From NCBI GenBank assembly GCA_945861535.1, contig CAMAUZ010000005.1, positions 8,272 through 72,271 of the forward strand: 64,000 nucleotides of DNA, read 5' to 3'. Both the position numbers and the translations under genes were made by a program. The notes beneath the pieces are model-generated. The model ran no database searches and was not told the DNA's origin. It worked only from the letters and a program-made list of their open reading frames with translations. Positions 51,492-58,978 of this stretch are shown here, one piece after another. Within the stretch, counting starts at the first letter, position 1. Each line of letters begins with the position of its first letter. The DNA comes from Akkermansia muciniphila. GTDB taxonomy: Bacteria > Verrucomicrobiota > Verrucomicrobiia > Limisphaerales > BJHT01.

Positions 51492-52802
51492 TCACAACAA
51501 ATTCGCCGCAATCTCCGCCAGCTCCGAGCGTTCGCCTTTTTGCAGCTCGATGTGCGCGGCGATGGGCTGGCGCTGGAATTTGCTGACGATGTAGTTGAAG
51601 CCGTTGGAGGACGAGTCCACGTAGGGGTTGTCGATCTGGTAGGGGTCGCCGGTGAAGACGATCTTGGTGCCTTCGCCGACGCGGGTGATGATGGTTTTCA
51701 CCTCGAGGGGCGTGAGGTTTTGCGCCTCGTCGATGATCATGAACTGGTGCGCGATGCTGCGCCCGCGGATGTAGCTGAGGGCCTCGACGACGATCATGCC
51801 CGAGCGCATGAGGTCGGCGTGGCGGCGCTGTTCCTGGCCCATGTTCAGGTCGCCGAGGAGTTCGAGCGCGTCGTGGATGGGCTGCATCCAGGGGGCGAGT
51901 TTTTCCTCGAGCGAACCGGGCAGGAAGCCGAGTTCCTTGCCCATCGAGATGGTCGGGCGGGCGACGACGAGGCGGCGGTATTCGCGGTCGGTGATCGTTT
52001 TTTTCAACGCCGCCGCCAGTGCGATGAGCGTCTTGCCGGTGCCGGCCTTGCCCATGAGCGTGACGAGTTTGATGCGGTCATCGAGCAGCGCGTCGAGGGC
52101 GAAGTGCTGCTGGCGGTTGCGCGGGCGGATGCCCCAGACGCCGTCGCGCGAATCGAGGATGGGCACGAGCTTCTTGCCGGTGGCATCGACCTTGGCGAGG
52201 ACGGTCTTCTTGGGGTTCTTGTCCTCGACGAGCGTGCAGAATTCGTTCGGGAAATATTCGCGGCCGGGTTCGAGGTCGAGTTCATCTTTCGCGCGAAACT
52301 GGGCGAGGGTTTCGGCGGAAACGACGCGGTCGAAGAGGCCGGTGTAGAGGTCTTTCAACAGCACGCGGTCGGTCTCGTAATCCTGCGCCGCGAGACCAAG
52401 GGCGTCGGCCTTGATGCGGAGATTGATGTCCTTGGTGACGAGGATGGTCGGCACGTCGGGATGGGCGCGCATGACCGCGAGGGACTGCGCGAGAATGCGG
52501 CTGTCCACGCTGGCCTGGCTGCCGGGGATGAGCGTCGTGATCTCGCCGGCTTTGTGGAACACGATGCGGAGGCGGCCGCCGTTGGGCAGCGTCACGCCTT
52601 CGCTGAGATGCCCCTGCGTGCGCAGGCGGTCGAGGGTGCGGGAGACGGAGCGGGCGTTCTGGCCGAGTTCGTTGGGTTCGCGTTTGAACTTGTCGATTTC
52701 CTCGATGACTTCGATGGGGATCAGGAGGTGGTTTTCCTGAAAATTGACGAGCGAGTTGGGGTCGTGAAGGAGGACGTTGGTGTCGAGGATGTAGTTTTTC
52801 AC
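51492..52802 (-). CDS. PIN-domain PhoH-like ATPase (YlaK-like)
   Basis: ORF 51492..53207. Start assigned to the GTG at 52802 so that the PIN strand (V/M)KNYILDTNVLLHDPNS is included. Walker A motif MGKAGTGKT. PhoH core IIDEAQNLTPLEVKTIITRVGEGTKIVFTGDPYQID. Confidence 0.85.
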   Translation of the reverse strand: MKNYILDTNVLLHDPNSLVNFQENHLLIPIEVIEEIDKFKREPNELGQNARSVSRTLDRLRTQGHLSEGVTLPNGGRLRIVFHKAGEITTLIPGSQASVDSRILAQSLAVMRAHPDVPTILVTKDINLRIKADALGLAAQDYETDRVLLKDLYTGLFDRVVSAETLAQFRAKDELDLEPGREYFPNEFCTLVEDKNPKKTVLAKVDATGKKLVPILDSRDGVWGIRPRNRQQHFALDALLDDRIKLVTLMGKAGTGKTLIALAAALKKTITDREYRRLVVARPTISMGKELGFLPGSLEEKLAPWMQPIHDALELLGDLNMGQEQRRHADLMRSGMIVVEALSYIRGRSIAHQFMIIDEAQNLTPLEVKTIITRVGEGTKIVFTGDPYQIDNPYVDSSSNGFNYIVSKFQRQPIAAHIELQKGERSELAEIAANLL

Positions 52803-53467
52803 ACGGGGGAAGCGGATCGCTGGATCGAGAGCATCCGGCTGTGCCAGTCGCGCAGATGATTGAGTGCGGCGGACAGTTGGTAATGACCGGAAAAAAGAAA
52901 ATTGCCGAGCATTCCGGCGAGGTCGAAATCGACGAAGCGCGGCTGCTGGTCGAGGAGAAACGGCCGCGTGCCGAGCATCGACTCGAAGGGCGCGAGCAGT
53001 TCCTCGAGTTCGGCCAGCAGGCTGGACTGCTGCCCGCGCCAGTGGTCGATGCAGCCGCGGCCAAATTTGCGTTCCTTGTGGCGCACGAACAGGAGCCACT
53101 CCTTGCGCGGCACGAATTCCTCGAAATGAATGTCGTTCAGCTTGAAGCACCGGCCTTCGATGTCGTTCTCGAGAAAACGCCAGAGCAGGTCCTGCACGCC
53201 TTCCCATTGCGGCGGGAACAGGCCGAGCTGCAATTTCGCATCCAGATACTTGGCGATGACCTGCGAGAATTCGTCGGTCTCGAAAACGACCTCACGCCCG
53301 TCCTTGATGATCGGCACCGCATAGTAGCGCTGCCGGGTGAGCTTCCACACCAGCGACCGGTCGGTGTTGGGAATGTTGGTGATCTTGAAGCGGACGCCGG
53401 CGAACTCGAGGATCCGGCGTTGCACGATGCAGAACGGGCTCCAGGGGAATTGAATCAGTTCGATCAT
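52799..53467 (-). CDS. Glutathione S-transferase / glutaredoxin-2-like protein
   Basis: Starts MIELIQFPWSPFCIVQRRILEFAGVRFKITNIP, a thioredoxin-like N-terminus with an SPFC motif, followed by a helical C-terminal half. The family call is by eye. Confidence 0.55.
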   Translation of the reverse strand: MIELIQFPWSPFCIVQRRILEFAGVRFKITNIPNTDRSLVWKLTRQRYYAVPIIKDGREVVFETDEFSQVIAKYLDAKLQLGLFPPQWEGVQDLLWRFLENDIEGRCFKLNDIHFEEFVPRKEWLLFVRHKERKFGRGCIDHWRGQQSSLLAELEELLAPFESMLGTRPFLLDQQPRFVDFDLAGMLGNFLFSGHYQLSAALNHLRDWHSRMLSIQRSASPV

Positions 53468-53566
53468 GCGAAAGGACTACGCGCGGCGGAGAACGGGGGA
53501 AAGTAATTAGTGATTGACCATCGGGGTTCCGCCGCGCGTGTCCCATGCCCGACCGAAATCGTCCCC

Positions 53567-54490
53567 TCACCCCACCGCCTGCCGCGCGAGCACCAGCGCG
53601 CCCACGGGCACCGCGTCCTCGCCCAAGCCCGCCAACCGCACCTGCGGACCGGGCGCGAAGGCTTCCATGATAAACCCACGCAGCGGCTGCTCCACCGCGG
53701 CCCGCAGCGGCTCGCCGACCAGCGACAGCCCGCCGCCCAACACCACCACCTGCGGATGAAACAGGTGGACGACATGCGAAATCGCAAACGCCAAGTCCTC
53801 CGCCACGTTGTCCAGAATCCGCCGCGCCGCCGGGTCGCCTTGCGCCAATGCGGCGGCCAGAAACTTCGCCTCACCGCCCTTCATTCCTGCGCTCAATCGC
53901 ACCAGCGGACAGCCCGGGTCCGTTGCGCGCAGCGCGCGAATCCGCGCATCCACCGCCCAGCCCGAGCAGCGGGATTCCACCGTGCCGCCAAGCCGGTCCA
54001 GCCGCACGTGGCCGATCTCCGCCTCGCCCGGTTGCGCGCCGTGATAGATGCGTCCTCCCACGACCAACCCGCCGCCGACGCCGCTGCCCATGTTCATGTA
54101 AAACGCCGGATCGAATCCTGCGCCCGCGCCCGCCAGCGCCTCGCCGAACGCCGCCGTGTTCGCATCATTGTCCACCGCCACCGGCACGCTCAGCAACTCG
54201 CGCAACCAGTCGCCGAGAGGAAATTCCGACCACCCCTCGATTTGATGCGAGCAACAAATCTTTCCCGTCCGCCAATCCACCGGCCCGCCAAAACCGACAC
54301 CCACCGCCGCAGGTTTCGCCGTCGCCAGCAACTCGGGCAACGCCGCCGCGATCTGCCGCCGGATGCCCGCGCCGCCCTCGCGCACGTTCACCGCGAGCCG
54401 TCGCCGCGCCGTGATGCGCGCCTGCTCGTCGCCCGTGACCAACTGGAGTTTTGTCCCGCCAATTTCGATGCCCAAAAATGTCCGGCTCAT
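53567..54490 (-). CDS. ROK-family sugar-kinase-like protein (no CxCGxxGC zinc motif visible)
   Basis: ORF 53567..54595. ATG at 54490 gives MSRTFLGIEIGGTKLQLVTGD. Also VAVDNDANTAAFGEA and GEAEIGHVRL. Confidence 0.7.
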   Translation of the reverse strand: MSRTFLGIEIGGTKLQLVTGDEQARITARRRLAVNVREGGAGIRRQIAAALPELLATAKPAAVGVGFGGPVDWRTGKICCSHQIEGWSEFPLGDWLRELLSVPVAVDNDANTAAFGEALAGAGAGFDPAFYMNMGSGVGGGLVVGGRIYHGAQPGEAEIGHVRLDRLGGTVESRCSGWAVDARIRALRATDPGCPLVRLSAGMKGGEAKFLAAALAQGDPAARRILDNVAEDLAFAISHVVHLFHPQVVVLGGGLSLVGEPLRAAVEQPLRGFIMEAFAPGPQVRLAGLGEDAVPVGALVLARQAVG

Positions 54491-54514
54491 GTGCGTAGTT
54501 ATGTTGTCCGGCAG

Positions 54515-54592
54515 GTAGGGCGCGCCTGTCCCCAGCGCGCCGGTGGGACGTTCGTACGATCTGGCGGCGCGCTGAGGACAGACGCGCCCTAC
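54515..54592. repeat. GTAG...CTAC long hairpin element
   Basis: GTAGGGCGCGCCTGTCCCCAGCGCGCCG faces CGGCGCGCTGAGGACAGACGCGCCCTAC. The arms are 28 bp with 2 mismatches. Confidence 0.8.
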
Positions 54593-54636
54593 CACCGCGG
54601 TTCAAGTCCCAATATCCACGGCTCGGTCCTGCGTTC

Positions 54637-54688
54637 CTACGGGCGGCGAGACGCCGCCCGAACTCGCAGGCGAGGACGCCTGCGGTAC
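54637..54688. repeat. Double-hairpin REP-like unit ending in GGTAC
   Basis: CTAC-GGGCGGCGagaCGCCGCCC-gaactc-GCAGGCGaggaCGCCTGC-GGTAC. Confidence 0.7.
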
Positions 54689-54699
54689 CACCGCGCGCC

Positions 54700-54775
54700 G
54701 TAGCCGCCGACGTGAGGAGGCGGATTTCCAGCGGTGCGAATGTCACGCGGTCCGCCTCCTCACGTCGGCGGCTAC
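54700..54775. repeat. GTAG...CTAC hairpin element with perfect 25-bp arms
   Basis: GTAGCCGCCGACGTGAGGAGGCGGA (54700-54724) faces TCCGCCTCCTCACGTCGGCGGCTAC (54751-54775), with a 26-nt loop. Confidence 0.85.
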
Positions 54776-54783
54776 CCGTCAGT

Positions 54784-56172
54784 TCACGCCGCCGAATCCC
54801 CGCGCCGATACGCTTCCGCCAGCAGCGTGATCGGATGCGCCACGCGCAGCGACAAGCCCGCCTTCTTGCACCCGTTGATGATCTGCAACAGGCACCCCGG
54901 ATTCCCCGTCGCCACCACTTCGGCGCGCGTGCTCACAATGTGCTTCACCTTGCGGTCGAGCAGATCATTCGCCATCTCCGGCTGGATGAGGTTGTAAATG
55001 CCCGCGCTCCCGCAGCACCAGGTGCTCTCCGGCAATTCGGTCAGTTTCAGATTCGGAATCGCCTTCAGCAACTGCCGCGGCTGCGCGGTGATCTTCTGCC
55101 CGTGGCACAGATGACACGCCTCGTGATAGGTCACGTTCTGCGGCGGGGCGTCCCCGGCGGCCGGCGGCTGAATCCCGATCTGCGCGAGCCATTCGTGAAT
55201 GTCCTTCACCTTGCGATCCCACTCGTGAGCGCGGGCTTCATACACCGGATCGCCCGCCAGGAGTTTCGCATAATGTTTCAAATGCGAGCCACATCCCGCC
55301 GCGTTCGTGATGATCGCGTCGAACTGCTCCGGCGGAAACTGGTCGATCTGCTTGCGCGCCAGCCCCTGCGCCATCTCCCATTCGCCGTTGTGCGCGTGCA
55401 GCGAGCCGCAGCAATGCTGGTCCGGCGGCGTCACCACTTCGCATCCGTTGCGCGCGAGCACCTCGACTGTGTCGCGGTTCACGTCGCTGAAAATCAAGTC
55501 CTGCGCGCAGCCCGCCAGCATCGCGACGCGATACTTTTTCTGCCCCACCGCCCGCGTCACCGGCGCGACCAGTTCCGCCGTAAACTGCGCCTGAATCGTC
55601 GGCGTCATCGACTCCAGTTCCTGCAACCGCTGCGGCATCAACCGCATCACGCCGCTGTTCCGCACGAACGCCTGCACGCCCGTCTGCTGATACAACCGCA
55701 TCGCCTGCCCGAGCAGATGCAGCCGGTTCAAATCCATGAACAACCAGCGCAACGTGAAGCCGCGGATGACACTGCGCTGATCCGATTGCAACACGCCGCT
55801 CTGCTCCGCCTCCGCCCGCGCGTGCTCGAACAGCTCCGCGTAATTCACCCCCGCCGGACACGCCGTCATGCACGCCAGGCAGCCGAGACAGAAATACATT
55901 TCCTCGGCAAATGTCTGCGTCGCCTCCAGGCGACCATCCGCCACCGCGCGCATCAGCGAGATGCGCCCGCGCGGGCTGTTCCGCTCCAGTTTCGTGGCGT
56001 CGTACGTCGGGCACGTCGGCAGGCACAGCCCGCAGTGCATGCACTGCTGTACCACCGAGTAGTCGAGATCCTTGAGATGCGAATGGCGCACCGGCGAGGC
56101 CGGGGCCGTGGGAGCCGCTGTGATGGGCAAGGTTGAACTCACAAAAAAAGACTGCGCCAGCCGACATTTCAT
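54784..56172 (-). CDS. (Fe-S)-binding protein, GlcF / heterodisulfide-reductase-like (two 4Fe-4S motifs plus CCG domains)
   Basis: ORF 54784..56610. ATG at 56172 gives MKCRLAQSFF... Motifs CMHCGLCLPTCP, CLGCLACMTACP and PGCLLQI. The upstream part of the tracked ORF is translated repeat. Confidence 0.8.
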   Translation of the reverse strand: MKCRLAQSFFVSSTLPITAAPTAPASPVRHSHLKDLDYSVVQQCMHCGLCLPTCPTYDATKLERNSPRGRISLMRAVADGRLEATQTFAEEMYFCLGCLACMTACPAGVNYAELFEHARAEAEQSGVLQSDQRSVIRGFTLRWLFMDLNRLHLLGQAMRLYQQTGVQAFVRNSGVMRLMPQRLQELESMTPTIQAQFTAELVAPVTRAVGQKKYRVAMLAGCAQDLIFSDVNRDTVEVLARNGCEVVTPPDQHCCGSLHAHNGEWEMAQGLARKQIDQFPPEQFDAIITNAAGCGSHLKHYAKLLAGDPVYEARAHEWDRKVKDIHEWLAQIGIQPPAAGDAPPQNVTYHEACHLCHGQKITAQPRQLLKAIPNLKLTELPESTWCCGSAGIYNLIQPEMANDLLDRKVKHIVSTRAEVVATGNPGCLLQIINGCKKAGLSLRVAHPITLLAEAYRRGDSAA

Positions 56173-56348
56173 CCCCGATCCAGCCGGCGAAACCGCTCGC
56201 CCGCCGTCGGAGAAACCGCCCCGTTTTCCCCGGAGCGCGGCGAAGCTAGGAGCAAAGAAAAACCCGCGCAAGCCTGCGCCACCGCGCGCCGCGTCTCGGG
56301 CGCCGCTCGGTTGCGGACGAACGATCCGGGCGCGGACGCCTCGGTCCT

Positions 56349-56484
56349 GTGGGGCAGGCTTCCAGCCTGCCAGTTCGGGCGGCATCCTGCCGCCCGTTCC
56401 TCGCCGCAGACGTGCGGCGCTGCAGCACCGGCAACACGGGGCACGGATGCCCCGCCAACCGGCAGGCAAGGATGCCTGCCCCAC
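56349..56484. repeat. REPIN-like four-hairpin element, family 2, copy 2 (136 bp)
   Basis: Runs from GTGGGGCAGGCTTCCAGCCTGCC to GGCAGGCAAGGATGCCTGCCCCAC. Same length and ends as 8262-8397, with a divergent centre. Confidence 0.85.
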
Positions 56485-56728
56485 ACCCGCGGCGTGGGCA
56501 CCAGACCGCGTGCAAGAAACGGAGCTGCGCCCTTTACCGCACCGAAGACCGCAAAGTGGTTGAAACCAACCGTGGAACCGTCTATCCATCCCGCATTCAA
56601 AGGAATGCAAAAGATCACGAGGCTTAAAAAATCACCAGCCGCCCAAATGTTTTCCCGTTCGAGAGAACGGTCGCTTTTCGGTCACCGGCGTTTGGACTGA
56701 GGCTGAATCGGCGCACCTCCGCTCGCAT

Positions 56729-57376
56729 ATGATCACCATCCTCCTCGCCGACGACCACCGCGTGATTCGGGAAGGTCTCAAGGCCATTCTCCAACAGGAG
56801 CCTGGCTTTCAGGTTCTGGGCGAAGTTTCTGACGGCCTCCAAGCCCTGGATCAGGTCGAAAGACTCAAGCCCAACGTACTGCTTCTGGACCTCAGCCTGC
56901 CGCGCATTCACGGGCTTGAAGTTGCCCGTCAGTCCCAGAAACGCTCCCCCGACACCCGCGTGATCGTCCTCTCGATGCACGCCAACGAATCCTACGTCAT
57001 CGAAGCCCTCCGCAGCGGAGCGGCCGGGTACGTGCTCAAGGATTCCAGCACGGCCGACCTGGTCCGCGCCGTTCATGACGTCATGGCGGGCCGCCGTTTT
57101 CTCAGCGCCCCGCTGTCCGATCTCGCCATCCAGGCCTATCTGCAACGCAAGAGCACCGACAGTGAGCAGGACCTCTACGAGGCGCTCACCGACCGCGAGA
57201 AGGAGGTCGTTCCGCTGGCGGCTGAAGGCATGGGCAACACTGAAATCGCCGGGAAACTGTTCATCAGTCCGCGTACCGCCGAAGCCCATCGCGCCAATAT
57301 TTTCCGCAAGCTGAACCTCAAGAACCAGACCGACCTCGTCCGCTTCGCCATCCGCCGGGGCTTGCTCGAACTCTAG
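56729..57376 (+). CDS. NarL/FixJ-family response regulator (REC + LuxR HTH)
   Basis: Starts MITILLADDHRVIREGL. Also LLLDLSLP, YVLKDS, LTDREKEVVPLAAEGMGNTEIAGKLFISPRTAEAHRANIFRKL. Confidence 0.9.
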   Translation: MITILLADDHRVIREGLKAILQQEPGFQVLGEVSDGLQALDQVERLKPNVLLLDLSLPRIHGLEVARQSQKRSPDTRVIVLSMHANESYVIEALRSGAAGYVLKDSSTADLVRAVHDVMAGRRFLSAPLSDLAIQAYLQRKSTDSEQDLYEALTDREKEVVPLAAEGMGNTEIAGKLFISPRTAEAHRANIFRKLNLKNQTDLVRFAIRRGLLEL

Positions 57377-57583
57377 TTTCCCACCCGTCCGTTCCGACCT
57401 CATTCGGACTTCCGGCCCGGTGCGCCTTCCGCCCGGCAACCGCCGAAAACCCCCGCGTTTCCGGCCCTTTTCCTCCCGTTTTCACCCTACGGGTTATCCC
57501 CATCCCAATCGCGTGGTTCACCGAATAGGCGGGGGCCGGGGGACTCCCTAGCCTGAGTCCGTTCGATTAGCTGAATTATCATT

Positions 57584-58906
57584 ATGAAAACGGAAACTGA
57601 AACTGAACGGCCCGCCTGGCTTGCTGAGTCTCGCAAACCCGGATTCACCGATGCGTCATCCTCCTCCGCCGTCAGCATTGCTGCTGCGCCGGCCCGGCCC
57701 CGCATTCTCATCCTTAGCTCCGAGCCCCACATCCGTCGCACTCTGGGTTTCTTTCTCGAAGCTGATGACTACGACCTGCAGTTCGCAGCCTGCCCCGAAG
57801 AAGCCCTCACCGAGGCGCGGCAGACCGTCCCCGACCTGATCCTCGTGGACGCCCGTCCTTCGGGAGCCTCCGCCATCGACCTCTGCCACCGCCTCCGCGC
57901 CGAGGCCCCGCTCGCCGACATTCCCCTCCTGCTCTCGGCGCCGCGCGAAGCCGTCTCCGCCCGCCAGCAAATCCTCGAACTCGGTGCTGCGGACTACCTT
58001 CCCAGTCCAGTGGACGCCCTCGAACTCCGCACCCGCCTTCGGGCGCTGCTCTTTGCCCGGGGCACCCTCCGCCATCCCGTGCCGGTTGCGCCGCCCGTCA
58101 AGGCTCCCCCGTTTGAGGCCCTCGGCGCGGTCGCACTCGGGCTCGGCCATGATCTCAACAACATTCTCCAGCACGTTTTCACTGCCTCGCAACTGCTGCG
58201 GGAGATTGCCACCGACACCGCCAGTCGTGAACTGGTGCAATCCATCCGCGCCAGCGCCGCCCGGGGCGCCACGCTGGTCACCCACATGCTCGCCTTTGCC
58301 CGCGGCCGAGCGGTTGAACGGGAGTGCATCAACCTTCAACCCGTCGTCGAGGAGGTTGTCGCCGCGGCCGCCCTTTCCTTCCCCAAGAACATTCAATTCC
58401 AGCTTCGTTGCGAGTCCGCCCTCTGGGACGCCCCGGCCAACAGCGGGCAGATTTACGGCATTCTCCTCAACCTGCTCGTCAACTCGCGCGATGCCCTGCC
58501 TGACGGCGGCAAAATCCAGGTCGAAACCGCCAACGTCCGCCTGGGTCGCGAACAAATCGGCAACCGGAAGCTGCAACCGGGCCGCCACATCGTTTTGCGC
58601 GTCAGCGACACCGGCCGCGGCATCCCGCCCGAGATTCGCGAGCGCATTTTCGACCTCTTCTTCACCACCAAATCCGCCAGTTGCGGCACCGGCCTGGGTC
58701 TCGCCCAAGCCCGTGACATCGCCCGCAATCATGGCGGCGACATCAGTGTCACCAGCGAAACCGGACTTGGAAGCGTGTTTGAAGTTTTCCTCCCCTGTGA
58801 GCCGCGCCTCGATCCGGGTACCCCGTCCCACGCGTCCCGTCCGTCCCTCGCCATTGCGCCCGCGCCCGTCGTTCCGCCGGTTTCGGGCGCCGCGCTGCGG
58901 TTCTAA
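57584..58906 (+). CDS. Cytoplasmic histidine kinase with an atypical N-terminal receiver-like domain
   Basis: REC-like region RILILSSEPH...DLILVDARPSG...DYLPSPV. H-box LGLGHDLNNILQHV. ATPase boxes DTGRGIPPE and GTGLGLAQARDIARNHGG. No TM segment. Confidence 0.85.
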   Translation: MKTETETERPAWLAESRKPGFTDASSSSAVSIAAAPARPRILILSSEPHIRRTLGFFLEADDYDLQFAACPEEALTEARQTVPDLILVDARPSGASAIDLCHRLRAEAPLADIPLLLSAPREAVSARQQILELGAADYLPSPVDALELRTRLRALLFARGTLRHPVPVAPPVKAPPFEALGAVALGLGHDLNNILQHVFTASQLLREIATDTASRELVQSIRASAARGATLVTHMLAFARGRAVERECINLQPVVEEVVAAAALSFPKNIQFQLRCESALWDAPANSGQIYGILLNLLVNSRDALPDGGKIQVETANVRLGREQIGNRKLQPGRHIVLRVSDTGRGIPPEIRERIFDLFFTTKSASCGTGLGLAQARDIARNHGGDISVTSETGLGSVFEVFLPCEPRLDPGTPSHASRPSLAIAPAPVVPPVSGAALRF

Positions 58907-58919
58907 ATCTGAGAACGGT

Positions 58920-58962
58920 GGTGGCGGGCAAGCATGCTCAGTCAGGTGCTCCGCCCGCCACC
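58920..58962. terminator. 10-bp GC hairpin between convergent genes (possible bidirectional terminator, no U-tract)
   Basis: GGTGGCGGGC (58920-58929) faces GCCCGCCACC (58953-58962), with a 23-nt loop. Confidence 0.3.
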
Positions 58963-58978
58963 GGCTCGCCGGATCCTC

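Noticed and set aside
50741-51492. Known housekeeping ncRNA (SRP RNA, tmRNA, RNase P, 6S) in the 750-bp holB/phoH spacer
   Set aside because: I could not find the conserved SRP, tmRNA or RNase P core motifs by eye. The structure is better explained by the large inverted repeat. 6S RNA cannot be excluded without a covariance model.
56246-56627. Several short ORFs (MGQASSLPVRAAS..., MHAVWCPRRGCGAGILACR...) upstream of the GlcF-like gene
   Set aside because: They are translations of the 136-bp hairpin repeat (56349-56484). An almost identical peptide arises from the other copy at 8262.
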